Assembly (NCBI GenBank): GCA_965206745.1 | Contig: OZ242220.1 | Location: 672,001-736,000, forward strand | Source of the DNA: Nitrosopumilus sp. | GTDB lineage: Archaea > Thermoproteota > Nitrososphaeria > Nitrososphaerales > Nitrosopumilaceae | Direction of reading: 5' to 3' | Length of the DNA: 64,000 bases | Translations under genes and position numbers: made by a program | Notes under the pieces: generated by a model | Told to the model about the DNA's origin: nothing | Database searches by the model: none | What the model saw: the letters and a program-made list of their open reading frames with translations, nothing else | Part shown: positions 31,210-41,341 of the stretch, in pieces | Layout: every line of letters begins with the position of its first letter | Position numbering within the stretch: position 1 is the stretch's first letter

Positions 31210-31307
31210 TGTGTGATTTTGTGTTTTGATGTGGCAGAAAAAGTCAATTTGTGGACAATATCTGAATCATGATAACAATTAACTAGCACTAAATATCCCA
31301 ATTTGTC

Positions 31308-31400
31308 ATGCCAATAAGAAAAAAAAATAAGCATCTAAGACATGCTGATCAAAGAGCTGAGACACGCAAGAAAAAGAAAGCCGGCAAACCGCGTTCCTGA
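31308..31400 (+). CDS. 30-aa highly basic microprotein MPIRKKNKHLRHADQRAETRKKKKAGKPRS
   Basis: Clean ATG..TGA frame, taaata box shortly upstream, fills an intergenic gap. Confidence 0.6.
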   Translation: MPIRKKNKHLRHADQRAETRKKKKAGKPRS

Positions 31401-31442
31401 TCTAATCAACCTTTTTACATTGAAAATTATCGAGGGGTAATA

Positions 31443-32150
31443 TTGGATCCACTAGTACGTTTCAAAGATGCACATGCCAAAGAGCTCATTCCTGACGGTG
31501 TATTTGATCTAACTGTGAGTCGATTCCCAATTGTCATTGCTGGAATTAATCGAATCGAGAAAGCATCTGGCATTAGATTCCCTATAGCATATGTTGAGCC
31601 CTCTTTGGTTATTTCATCCCCTAATCCCAATTCATACGAGTTTGGAATATTGTTTGCAAGAACAATCCCTGTGGTGTTTGAGGAGAAATTTCAGGTTGTC
31701 ATTCAAATTTCTGCACCTTTGATTGCTTATGGTCTTAAAGGCACCATTCATGCTATTCTTGCTCATGAGTTTCTGCATTTTTTGGATCTGATGAGAAAGA
31801 TCTCAAAAATGGAGCTGCTATCTGATGAGATTTCTGGAAATTTGTTTGAAAATGTTTACAGTGATGAAACCAGATTGTTTGAACCTCGTGTCGTGTTCAA
31901 AGATCGTACTTTGTTAAACCACATCACAAAAAAATTCCCCGCTGGATTTCGTGATTTTAAGCTTGAAGATAAGGTAATGAAATTTTGGGCTGAGAAAAAT
32001 CTTCCAAAGACAAACATTTCTCTGGATACTAACACAGTAAAGATATCTGCAGAGTCCCTTTCTAAAATTAAATTGGATCCTGCATTTGTTTCAAAAATGG
32101 AATTGTTGGAAGAAAAAAGTTCCAAGATTCACAAAAAAAGACTTTATTGA
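31443..32150 (+). CDS. hypothetical protein with HEXXH motif
   Basis: 235-aa ORF, LAHEFLH. Confidence 0.75.
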   Translation: MDPLVRFKDAHAKELIPDGVFDLTVSRFPIVIAGINRIEKASGIRFPIAYVEPSLVISSPNPNSYEFGILFARTIPVVFEEKFQVVIQISAPLIAYGLKGTIHAILAHEFLHFLDLMRKISKMELLSDEISGNLFENVYSDETRLFEPRVVFKDRTLLNHITKKFPAGFRDFKLEDKVMKFWAEKNLPKTNISLDTNTVKISAESLSKIKLDPAFVSKMELLEEKSSKIHKKRLY

Positions 32151-32199
32151 ATATTTTAAATCAGAACACTGGTGATAATTGATTTTAAAATAATTCTTT

Positions 32200-32385
32200 T
32201 TATTGTTTGAATTCTGTCAAACCACATTTACCACATGTGTTTCTATCTTTATGTTGAGCCATGAAAGTTCCTTTCCCACATCTAGAGCAAACTTTTCTTA
32301 CTCTTGACGTTTTATCCCCTTCAATTTTGTAATAAGATGCAATATTGGGACTCGATCCTTTATTGCCTTTCTGTTCTACGGGCAT
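32200..32385 (-). CDS. rps27ae: 30S ribosomal protein S27ae
   Basis: YYKI..CSRCGKG.FMA.H.DR..CGKCG.TE. Confidence 0.95.
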   Translation of the reverse strand: MPVEQKGNKGSSPNIASYYKIEGDKTSRVRKVCSRCGKGTFMAQHKDRNTCGKCGLTEFKQ

Positions 32386-32870
32386 TATTCAGATTTCTCC
32401 TCTGCTTTAGCTGATGCTTCCTTTGTTTCAGCCTTCTCTGCTTTAGCTGGTGTTTCCTCTGCTTTAGCTGATGCTTCCTTTGTTTCAGCCTTCTCTGCTT
32501 TAGCTGGTGTTTCCTCTGCTTTTACTTCAGCTGATGCTTCCTTTGTTTCAGCTTCTTTTGCTGCTGCGTCAGCCTCTGCAATTTTTGCCTTGGTTTTTTC
32601 CAACCTTGCAAATATTGTTGGGTTGATATGTTTTTTAGCCAATACTTCATCATCATAAACATAGAATGTTCCTGTTATGAGAGACTTGCCAACTTGAGTT
32701 CTCAGTCTCATTGGGATTACTACTTTGCCATCAAGTTTGAATTCTTTTGTAATCATGTCCGTGGCCTCCAGACTCTTGAGTTTACCTGCCAATCCTGCAA
32801 AGTTACAAGTTAGTTCCCTTCTGGACAGAAAGACATTGTTGACATCTGTAATTGTCTCAATTATGGACAT
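32385..32870 (-). CDS. rps24e: 30S ribosomal protein S24e with Ala/Glu/Lys-rich tail
   Basis: N.FL.RREL...G...VY; canonical S24e-S27ae order. Confidence 0.85.
   Translation of the reverse strand: MSIIETITDVNNVFLSRRELTCNFAGLAGKLKSLEATDMITKEFKLDGKVVIPMRLRTQVGKSLITGTFYVYDDEVLAKKHINPTIFARLEKTKAKIAEADAAAKEAETKEASAEVKAEETPAKAEKAETKEASAKAEETPAKAEKAETKEASAKAEEKSE
32401..32551. repeat. 57-bp in-frame tandem repeat x2 plus a partial copy in the rps24e tail
   Basis: gctttagctgatgcttcctttgtttcagcc at 32404 and 32461. Confidence 0.9.
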
Positions 32871-33180
32871 GTATCGAAAATCTCTGGATATTTTATATAA
32901 ATCAATGACTTTTGGTGTGTTTTAAGCAGGAATGATGGATATCATAGGAATGAGTTCTGTAACCTGGAAAATGTAGTTTAGTACCTGTAATTATGAAAAA
33001 TTAAGCCAAACACAAAAACATCAAATCCTGCATTCTGTAAACACTGCTGAATCCGATAATATCTGCCAATCTTCACCATCAATGCATGTGAGTTTTTTAC
33101 GCCTGAAAAAATCTGGCATTCATACAAATCTTGATTGGAATTACACAAGAAATTTAAGAAATTCCCTCAAGAACTATCTC

Positions 33181-33741
33181 ATGGAGCGTTATCTGTTACA
33201 TTTTAAAAATGAGAAATATCTGCCTCAGAATTGCAGAGAACTAGCACGCAGAGCTAGGGATCTTGCCTCTGAGATGAACGTCTCAGTCAGACTTGCTAGA
33301 GTTGCCAGTAAATTTATTGAATTTGATGTAGCTGCAGAAAAAATTGACTTGGATCCGCTTGTAGAAAGGCTGTCTTCCATCGGGGAAATTGACAACGTAA
33401 GGCATGTTGTTGAGGAGCATCTTGATAAAGAGAGAGGTGTAAAGGACGGAATTTTTTATTTCAACAATGAACGGTTCTGGGAGTGTCATGAGGCATTTGA
33501 AGGTGTCTGGAATCAGTGCTATGGGCGAGAAAAGGAACTTGTTCAGGGCATCATTCTAGTGGCAGTTGCATTTGCCCATCAGCAAGAAAATGAAGAAAGT
33601 ATTGGCATTGGGATGTTGGGCAGAGCCTTGGAGAAATTAGGTGCCTCGCCATCTATGTACTATTCAATAGACGTTGAGAAGATCAGGCAAAATTCAGTTC
33701 AAATGCAACACGCAAAAAAGCTAGCTAGATTTGAGATTTAA
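33181..33741 (+). CDS. DUF309 domain protein
   Basis: FN..RFWECHE.FE..W, QG.I..AVA..H. Confidence 0.85.
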   Translation: MERYLLHFKNEKYLPQNCRELARRARDLASEMNVSVRLARVASKFIEFDVAAEKIDLDPLVERLSSIGEIDNVRHVVEEHLDKERGVKDGIFYFNNERFWECHEAFEGVWNQCYGREKELVQGIILVAVAFAHQQENEESIGIGMLGRALEKLGASPSMYYSIDVEKIRQNSVQMQHAKKLARFEI

Positions 33742-35008
33742 TCAACTCAAGGGATTTTTCAATGACTTCTGCACCTTGGAGTAGTCCTATGCTTCCTCTC
33801 TTTGCCTGCGCTTCAGTCATTCTAGTCGTTCCATCATTTTTGATAAAATTCCCCGACACCAGAACAGGGACAGGATCATCGCTATGGCCTTTGTTGATGC
33901 ATGGGGTCGAGTGGTCTGCTGAAATTATTATTGCAACCTTGCTTGAATCTATGTTCTCAACTAGAGTTTTGAAGAATCTCTGATCAATCTCTTCGATGTT
34001 CTTCATCTTGCCAATTGCATCCCCGTCATGACCAAATTCGTCTGGTCCCTTGAGGTGAACATAAATTGAATTTTGAGTCTCCATCGCTTTTGCAGCAACT
34101 CTTGCCTTTTCCTCATAGTCTGTCAATCCACCGGCTTCAAACGCTTTCATCATTAGGACTTTTGAAATTCCAAGTTCCACTGGCATGTCCACTATGCATG
34201 AAAAATTCATGCCGTATTTTTCATTAATTGGTATCACATCTGGATATTTGTTACCTGCGTCTCTGAGCAAAATACAACTTAGTTGTTTTTTATCCTCTTC
34301 CTGCCTTTTTTTGTTTATCTGGCTGTCCTTCATTATGTTGATTGATTTTTCTGAAAATTCATTTACTATATTTGCAGTAAACCTCGAGTCTTCGGTGTCT
34401 TCTAATGGCAAACATTTCTCAATTTTTAGAAAATCCCCAACAGCTTTTGCAACTCCCATGCCTCCGATGTTGGTGTATGCTGGGTCGGTATTTGTAATTC
34501 TTGATGATAGCTTTTGAGATTCCTTTCTAATCCTTACTGTCACTCTGTGACCTATTGTCGGTGCCACCACTACTGAAATATCTGGAGATGATAGTTTTAT
34601 CTTCTCTTCGATCTCCTTTGCCATTCCATCTGCATCTTCTTTTTTAATGTGCCTTCCAGCCCTCCTGTCTGTGATGACTTCATGATCCAATGTGGAATAG
34701 TTTCCTCTAAGTGCCAAATCTCCATCTCTAAAGTCGATGCCGATTCCTATGGCCTCAATCACGCCACGACCTGCATAATCTGCATGCCTGAATTTGTATC
34801 CTAGCATATTGAAAACTGCAATGTCTGATTCTGGGGCAATTCCTTTTCCAACTGATATCACTTCCCCAATTGTACCATTGCTGGCAATTTTATCAAGCGT
34901 TGGCGTATTTGCCGCCTCTAGCGGTGTCTTTCCGCCTAAATCTGGATGTGGGAGATCCCCAACTCCGTCTAAAAGGACATAGATCATATGAATATCCGAA
35001 TTATCCAA
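33725..35008 (-). CDS. apgM: 2,3-BPG-independent phosphoglycerate mutase
   Basis: DGVGD, TPLEAA.TP.LD, PESD, GRG..EA, H.K.PDE.GHDG, ADHSTP. Confidence 0.92.
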   Translation of the reverse strand: MDNSDIHMIYVLLDGVGDLPHPDLGGKTPLEAANTPTLDKIASNGTIGEVISVGKGIAPESDIAVFNMLGYKFRHADYAGRGVIEAIGIGIDFRDGDLALRGNYSTLDHEVITDRRAGRHIKKEDADGMAKEIEEKIKLSSPDISVVVAPTIGHRVTVRIRKESQKLSSRITNTDPAYTNIGGMGVAKAVGDFLKIEKCLPLEDTEDSRFTANIVNEFSEKSINIMKDSQINKKRQEEDKKQLSCILLRDAGNKYPDVIPINEKYGMNFSCIVDMPVELGISKVLMMKAFEAGGLTDYEEKARVAAKAMETQNSIYVHLKGPDEFGHDGDAIGKMKNIEEIDQRFFKTLVENIDSSKVAIIISADHSTPCINKGHSDDPVPVLVSGNFIKNDGTTRMTEAQAKRGSIGLLQGAEVIEKSLELIKSQI

Positions 35009-35240
35009 AATATTTCCTGTTTATTCAAACTCTAGTGCTCTGTTTTAAGTCTTGCAACAAAATGCGCGATCAAAATAAAATACCTGCTCCCCATTTTTTA
35101 TCCGTCTCTTACCCCAATTCTTTTTGATTCAAACAGGATTTGTTTATTTTGTCAAAATTTGACTGGAATATTATTTTGTAGGTTGGCTCATATGGATCTT
35201 AGCAAACGTTTTAACATACATTTTACTTCCACTAACCATT

Positions 35241-36257
35241 ATGGGGGACATGCGCAAAGATTATGTTTCTGAGCGTTTCATGATTGTCACAAAAAAAGAC
35301 GACAAAGTAATTGATCCTAAAAAATCCCCATTTGCGCTAGGCAACGAGGCCATGACAAATCCTTCCATTTTGTCTCTTGTGGCAAGGGATGGGATGTTGC
35401 AGCGCCTTCAAGACAATGATGATGACTATGTCCAAAATTGGGTCATACGGGTTTTTGAAAGCAAAAACCCTATCGTCTCAATTGAGACTGAAAATTCCTA
35501 CAGTGACAAGCCGTTTTACAGTGAGCCTGCGTATGGATACCATTACATTGTTGTTGCATCTCCCAACGAAAAAGACTCTTTTGCAACGATAGATACTGAT
35601 CAATGGTCAAATGTTCTAGTCGTAGTTCAGGACAGATTGCGATGGCTTTATACCCAAAAAGGAGTAACATACGTTTCAATTTATGGCGATCATGGGGATT
35701 TAGCTGGCAATTCAAACCCTCACCCGCATCTTAATCTTTTGACCTTCTCAACTATCCCCCCTGTTATTGAAAATGAGGCTGAAGCATCTCACCAAATTTT
35801 GAATGAAAAAGGTGTTTGTCCAATGTGCCAGACTGTAAATGAAGAGATTGGCGGTCCCAGACAGATTCTTCAGACTGACGGATTCATTGCATTTTGTCCT
35901 TGGTCTCCTTCGTATCCATACGAATTCTGGATATCTCCAAAAAAACACACTACTAGTTTTTCAAAAATCACTCAAAAAGAAATTAATGACCTGTCATTAA
36001 TTCTAAGGGCGACACTTGGTGGATTGTCAAAAACTGTAAAGAATGTCTCATACAATCTCGTCTTTCATCTTTCTCCAGAAAAGAAAAACAGTAGGCAGAT
36101 TCATTGGCACATCGAAGTCTATCCTATCACGAAATCTTGGTCTGGCCTAGAGCGTGGATATGGAATCTTCTTAAATGACATATCTCCTGAACAGGCCGCA
36201 GAGAAACTTGGGACATCTAGCAGGAAAGAACTGGCTAACTTGGTTGGTATTGAATAG
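35241..36257 (+). CDS. galT: GalT-like HIT-family nucleotidyltransferase
   Basis: GYH..V, HPH, PYE.WI.P, HWHIEVYP. Confidence 0.8.
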   Translation: MGDMRKDYVSERFMIVTKKDDKVIDPKKSPFALGNEAMTNPSILSLVARDGMLQRLQDNDDDYVQNWVIRVFESKNPIVSIETENSYSDKPFYSEPAYGYHYIVVASPNEKDSFATIDTDQWSNVLVVVQDRLRWLYTQKGVTYVSIYGDHGDLAGNSNPHPHLNLLTFSTIPPVIENEAEASHQILNEKGVCPMCQTVNEEIGGPRQILQTDGFIAFCPWSPSYPYEFWISPKKHTTSFSKITQKEINDLSLILRATLGGLSKTVKNVSYNLVFHLSPEKKNSRQIHWHIEVYPITKSWSGLERGYGIFLNDISPEQAAEKLGTSSRKELANLVGIE

Positions 36258-36377
36258 TTTTTTTAGGTACGGCCTGCTTGTCAGTTGCCTGCAGACAAAT
36301 TCTATTGACAACTGACAGCAGATAAAATAGAACCGTTTTCTGAATGGTTTATTTATCAACCAAAATCTGATAGAATT

Positions 36378-36818
36378 ATGGCGATAGAAAAATGGCTTGC
36401 AGTAACCAGTCTTGGGTTGTTTGCAATGTTTGCTGGTGAGATGATCTCCATTTATAATTTCATGACAGATGTCCCAGAACCAATAAAATTTTCAATAATC
36501 TTTGATGCCGATCCAAAAATATTCCAATTCATTTCTATTGGCGTTGCACCTGCCACCATCCTGGCTGCCGTTCCTTTCATTATGACTAGGAATTACGGCT
36601 CGAAACCCGTAGGCAGGCTGATAGCTGCAGGTGGCGTAGTTATGCTGTTGGGGATGTTTGTATCTTATTCTCTGATTGATAAAATCGACGATGTCTATAT
36701 CACCGATGTCGTAAAATATGTGCCTCTGCTGTTTATGGTTTTATCTGTTCCTGTAATTGCCGTTGGTCTTTATCTGACAAAAGAAAAAAAGAGACGCCCA
36801 AAAAAAGAATTCTTCTAG
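36378..36818 (+). CDS. 4-TM membrane protein
   Basis: Four hydrophobic segments, basic C-terminus. Confidence 0.75.
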   Translation: MAIEKWLAVTSLGLFAMFAGEMISIYNFMTDVPEPIKFSIIFDADPKIFQFISIGVAPATILAAVPFIMTRNYGSKPVGRLIAAGGVVMLLGMFVSYSLIDKIDDVYITDVVKYVPLLFMVLSVPVIAVGLYLTKEKKRRPKKEFF

Positions 36819-37252
36819 ATGTTGTCCAATCTTAACTCATTGCCTACTTGCCTGAAACCCAGTTTTTCGTAAAATGGTTTAACATCATCCGTACAATCTA
36901 GGATTGTTTTGTAGCAGCCACGATTCTTTGCAATTTCAATAAGATAATTCATTACCTTCTTGCCTACCTTTTGTCCTTGAAATTCTTTGTCTGTCACGAC
37001 ATCCTCAATATGGCCTACTAGGCCTCCGTCATGAATGAATTTTGGTTCTATGAGGAGCGTTGCAGACCCGACAATCCTTCCGCCTATCTCTGCAATCGCT
37101 ATGATGTGATCCGGATTGGCATTAATTTTTTCAAACGTCTCCTTTGCTTTTGATCTTCTGATGCCGCTTGCATGCCTTAGTGAATCAAGTGATTCTAGAA
37201 ATCCATTCCAGAGATCTTCCTCTTTTAGTTCCCTAATTGTTGGCTCATTCAT
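36815..37252 (-). CDS. GNAT acetyltransferase (glucosamine-6-phosphate N-acetyltransferase-like)
   Basis: KFIH.GG.VGHIEDVV, GCYK.ILDC, FYEKLGF. Confidence 0.88.
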   Translation of the reverse strand: MNEPTIRELKEEDLWNGFLESLDSLRHASGIRRSKAKETFEKINANPDHIIAIAEIGGRIVGSATLLIEPKFIHDGGLVGHIEDVVTDKEFQGQKVGKKVMNYLIEIAKNRGCYKTILDCTDDVKPFYEKLGFRQVGNELRLDNI

Positions 37253-37962
37253 CCCTGTTGCCGACTCTTTTTTGTTTTTTGGATGTGTTCTTGGTGTGCC
37301 TTTTCGTATGATGCCTTGTTGCCGATATCTGTAAATCCTTTTTTTGTAATGAAACTGTTGACTAATTTCTTGCTTGTCATGGCCTTTTTGATCACATCGT
37401 CCATCCCATACGGTTTATTCTTTGGAATTAGATTAAACACCTTTGGTTCCATTACGTAGCAACCCATGTTTACATTTACCTTTATCTCTGGTTTTTCATT
37501 CCAGCTCTGCACTTTGTCTGTTTTTGAGGTCTTGATTATCCCATAGGGCAGATTGATTTTGTATTCATCTAGACCCATGGTGAGAAATGCCTTTTTTGCC
37601 TTGTGCTGTTTTATCATATTTCTAAGGCTAAAATCAAATATCGAATCCCCATACATGCAAACAAAAGTATCGTCAATGAACTCTTCTGCAGTCTTTAGTT
37701 GACCTGCTGTTGCTAGTGGTTTGTCTGAAATTGCATATTCTATGTTCACTCCAAATCTCTTTCCATCCTCAAAATAGTCTTCAATTGTTCCTCGAAGATG
37801 ACTTGTGCACAAAACAACTGATCTTATTCCGTTTCTTTTATTCCAATCCACAAGATGCTCCAAGATCGGCTTGTTGCCTAGTGGCAGCATGGGCTTTGGA
37901 GTCTTCTCTGTCAATGGAAGTAGTCTGGTACCTAGTCCTCCTGCTAAAATTACTGCCTTCAC
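37249..37962 (-). CDS. NDP-sugar nucleotidyltransferase
   Basis: AVILAGGLGTRL.PLT...PKPM. Confidence 0.9.
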   Translation of the reverse strand: MKAVILAGGLGTRLLPLTEKTPKPMLPLGNKPILEHLVDWNKRNGIRSVVLCTSHLRGTIEDYFEDGKRFGVNIEYAISDKPLATAGQLKTAEEFIDDTFVCMYGDSIFDFSLRNMIKQHKAKKAFLTMGLDEYKINLPYGIIKTSKTDKVQSWNEKPEIKVNVNMGCYVMEPKVFNLIPKNKPYGMDDVIKKAMTSKKLVNSFITKKGFTDIGNKASYEKAHQEHIQKTKKSRQQG

Positions 37963-38017
37963 AAATGCTATTTGAGATATGAGTATTTATGTTCAAGGAT
38001 GATTTACGGCTGGAATT

Positions 38018-39319
38018 TTACCCTGCAATTTTTGATAATTTTTTTAAAATACTTTTTGGTGTCTCTCCAAAAATTATTATCATGGGCTCTTTTCCAAAAT
38101 CGCCCTTGTGGAAAATTATCTCTGGCGGTGACCTTGAATTTTTGATTGCACTTTTAATTCCCCACCCCACTGATGATCCTTTGTTTTTAACATGATTTGG
38201 TTCCTGAATTCTGTCGTAACTTGATGTTGAAAACTTTGACTTTTTAATTTTAGATATCATCGAGTCTTCATATTTTAAATTTATTGCAGAACAAATCTCT
38301 GGGAACTTTTCATTCACTGCCAGCAGTGCCGTGGCAACATGTTTTGATCCCCCGTACGTTAGATTGCCTGCAACTATGACTTCTTTGCCTGCCTTGACAA
38401 TTCTTCCTGAGAGCCCTAGGACATCTTTTGTAGATTTGGGCTTCTGTTTAGAGTACACAAAATTTGTTTGACACTCAGGAATGTTTCTGTATATGTTTTT
38501 GATTCTTACAAATTCATTAATTGACTGCGACAGCTCCGAGTTTATCTGGTCCTTGTTCTCAATGCCTGTTATCCTGATTCCTTTTCCCACTTTTTTCGCA
38601 CTTTTGATTGAATTGTAGGCAAATTCCTTTGCAAATTTTACAGATTCCCTGATTGTTTTCTTGCTTGAAATTGCAAATATCATTGCCGCCGAATAGTTGC
38701 ACCCGCTTCCATGGTTTGTACTATTTAGCCTGTCTCCTGATATTGTGTATTTTCTATTTTCTTCCAGAACAAAGTCTGTCATCCTGTTGTTTCTTCCCTC
38801 AATTCCTGTAATCACCACGTTTCTTGCCCCCATCCTTTGGATCTTTTTTGCAATCTCCTCCACCGTGTTTCTTGAACCTATCTTTGATTTTGATAATATC
38901 TCTGCCTCGAATTTGTTTGGCGTGATAACTGTTGCAAGTGGAACTATGTATTTCTGAAAGTCTTTAACTGCCTTGCCCTCCATCAGTGCCCCGCCTGTCG
39001 TTGATTTGATAACTGGATCCACGACGATTGGAATCTTTATTTTTTTCAATTGCCTATGCAGCGTTTTAATTATTTCAGAGTTAAACACCATCCCAATTTT
39101 TATGCCATCAATTTTGAAATCAGCCAGCACTGATTCAATTTGATTTTTCAACATTCTTTCTGATACTGGCTCGACCATTCCAAAGCTTGAGGTGTTTTGA
39201 CCTGTAATTGCGGTGATCACTGTTAATCCATATGCCCCAAATTCTGAAAATGATTTTATGTCGCTTTGAATTCCAGCACCTGATGATGGATCAGATCCTC
39301 CGATAGAAAGCAGATTCAT
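38018..39319 (-). CDS. thiD: HMP/HMP-P kinase fused to ThiN
   Basis: GSDPS.GAGIQ.D, HGSGC; C-terminal IPECQTN, G.SKHVA, GKEPM. Confidence 0.9.
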   Translation of the reverse strand: MNLLSIGGSDPSSGAGIQSDIKSFSEFGAYGLTVITAITGQNTSSFGMVEPVSERMLKNQIESVLADFKIDGIKIGMVFNSEIIKTLHRQLKKIKIPIVVDPVIKSTTGGALMEGKAVKDFQKYIVPLATVITPNKFEAEILSKSKIGSRNTVEEIAKKIQRMGARNVVITGIEGRNNRMTDFVLEENRKYTISGDRLNSTNHGSGCNYSAAMIFAISSKKTIRESVKFAKEFAYNSIKSAKKVGKGIRITGIENKDQINSELSQSINEFVRIKNIYRNIPECQTNFVYSKQKPKSTKDVLGLSGRIVKAGKEVIVAGNLTYGGSKHVATALLAVNEKFPEICSAINLKYEDSMISKIKKSKFSTSSYDRIQEPNHVKNKGSSVGWGIKSAIKNSRSPPEIIFHKGDFGKEPMIIIFGETPKSILKKLSKIAG

Positions 39320-39430
39320 TGGATCTTCTTATTTTAAAGCACTAATTTGTATTTTCATTCTGTGTGGGCCGTGTTGCAATATCTATTTTATACTTGAATA
39401 CCTGTCTTTTCTTTGATGGCAAAAATTCCC

Positions 39431-39607
39431 ATGGCCGATGACACCACTCCGGATCCGTTACAATGTACAACCTGTTTGTTACCCATGCAATACCAGACAA
39501 TCAAGAATGACAAGTTTCTCTGGCAATGCTTCAAATGTGGCAAGCAGTACCTTGTTTCAAAAAACACCGATGATGCCATGGAGGAGAGTTGGAGTCCTCC
39601 AAGATAA
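39431..39607 (+). CDS. small zinc-ribbon protein
   Basis: CTTC and CFKC pairs. Confidence 0.65.
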   Translation: MADDTTPDPLQCTTCLLPMQYQTIKNDKFLWQCFKCGKQYLVSKNTDDAMEESWSPPR

Positions 39608-39782
39608 CACGTCTACCTGAATCATCTCTTGCAAAATATGAAACTCTGAGATCACATATCTCTGGTTTATGCTGAAACTGAATTATCGCAACGTCTCTGT
39701 GAAATAAAACAATGCTGCAAATAATCCTGTCCTGAGTGTATTATGGCATATTTTGACTAGTCCCTAAGATTAATCTGAATCC

Positions 39783-39881
39783 CTATGATGAGGTTTGGGT
39801 GACGCAATCAAAAGAACAAAACTCATCTTTCATACTGTAAAATTCCCTGCCACAATGTCTACATTCTCTAATTGATCTCAT
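39783..39881 (-). CDS. 32-aa zinc-finger microprotein MRSIRECRHCGREFYSMKDEFCSFDCVTQTSS
   Basis: CxxC..FCSxxC treble-clef-like motif; TTTTAT box about 25 nt upstream. Confidence 0.65.
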   Translation of the reverse strand: MRSIRECRHCGREFYSMKDEFCSFDCVTQTSS

Positions 39882-40012
39882 GTCATCTATAGGGCTGTTA
39901 TCACATAAAAGCCCGATCCTGTTTTCTTAATATACGTAAAATCTTTTCTTGCGATCAGAACTTTTTATGATTCTCACGACTGTTTAAATCAGGCAAGAAC
40001 ATAGATTACGTT

Positions 40013-41341
40013 ATGGCAACCCAGATGACTTCTGCTCGACGTGGTGTAGCTACTGACGAAATGAAACAAGTGGCAAAAGACGAGGATGTCTCACTTGATT
40101 GGCTGATTCCCAAGATTGCAAAGGGATCTATAATCATACCTAGCAACAATGTCAGACCTCAAAAAATTCACAATGTGGGGATTGGCAAAGGTCTGAAAAC
40201 TAAGGTAAATGTTAACATCGGAACCTCCACATTAAATGTAAACATCGAGGATGAGGTTCAAAAAGCTAAAGTTGCAATAAAATACCATGCAGACACCATC
40301 ATGGATCTTAGCGATGGCGGAGACGTTAAAGAAATACGTCGCACACTGTTAGATGCTGCACCTATCACTTTTGGGACTGTTCCAATTTATGAAGCTTACA
40401 ACTATGGCGTCGAGGTTCACAAAAACCCTTTGAATCTGACTGAGGATGATTATCTTAACGCCTTTGAAAACAACGCAAAAGATGGCGTAGATTACACGAC
40501 AATTCATTGCGGTATTACAAAAGATATTGCAAAGAGGATTCTCAAAGTGCAAAGATACGGAGGCGTCGTAAGTAAGGGAGGAACAATTACTGCGGCATGG
40601 ATGTTAAAGCATGACAAAGAGAATCCATATCTGACTCATTATGATTATCTGATGGAGATTGCCAAAAAATACGATGTCACATTCAGCCTCGGGGATGCCC
40701 TAAGACCTGGCTCGATCTTGGATTCTCATGATGAGTTGCAAGTCCAAGAAATGATAAACATCTCTCAATTGACAAAACGTGCACATGAGCATGACATTCA
40801 AGTGATGGTTGAAGGCCCAGGCCATGTTCCATTAAATGAGGTTGCGGCAAATGTCAGACTGGCAAAATCCCTAATTGGCGATGTGCCATATTACGTGCTT
40901 GGTCCCCTGGTTACTGATGTTGCCTCTGGTCACGATCATATTGCTAGTGCAATTGGTGCGGCCGTCTCTGCAAGTGAGGGCGTTGATCTTTTATGTTACC
41001 TTACCCCTTCTGAACATTTGGCACTGCCAAATGCCCAAGAGGTAAAGGCCGGATTAATTGCATACAGGATTGCAGCCCATGCGGGGGATCTTGTAAAGAT
41101 TCGTGACAAAGTGATCAAATGGGATGCTGAGATGACTGAAGCCAGACGCACATTGGATTGGGAGAAACAACTTGCACTATCCATTGATCCCGAAGAGGCC
41201 GCAAAAATTCACAGTAGGACAGGACAGCACCCTGGCAACAACGTGCCTTGTACTATGTGTGGAGGTGCTTGTGTGTATATGATGCTGCCACAGCAGAAAA
41301 AATACGAGAAAGAGAATGAAAATTTACAACAGGTTGAATAA
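40013..41341 (+). CDS. thiC: phosphomethylpyrimidine synthase
   Basis: KVNVNIGTS, DTIMDLS, GD.LRPG, EGPGH, CTMCG..C. Confidence 0.96.
   Translation: MATQMTSARRGVATDEMKQVAKDEDVSLDWLIPKIAKGSIIIPSNNVRPQKIHNVGIGKGLKTKVNVNIGTSTLNVNIEDEVQKAKVAIKYHADTIMDLSDGGDVKEIRRTLLDAAPITFGTVPIYEAYNYGVEVHKNPLNLTEDDYLNAFENNAKDGVDYTTIHCGITKDIAKRILKVQRYGGVVSKGGTITAAWMLKHDKENPYLTHYDYLMEIAKKYDVTFSLGDALRPGSILDSHDELQVQEMINISQLTKRAHEHDIQVMVEGPGHVPLNEVAANVRLAKSLIGDVPYYVLGPLVTDVASGHDHIASAIGAAVSASEGVDLLCYLTPSEHLALPNAQEVKAGLIAYRIAAHAGDLVKIRDKVIKWDAEMTEARRTLDWEKQLALSIDPEEAAKIHSRTGQHPGNNVPCTMCGGACVYMMLPQQKKYEKENENLQQVE

Noticed and set aside
39610-40012. TPP riboswitch upstream of thiC
   Set aside because: No complete aptamer motif set; a TATA box at ~39983 implies a leaderless thiC mRNA; apparent stems overlap a zinc-finger microORF
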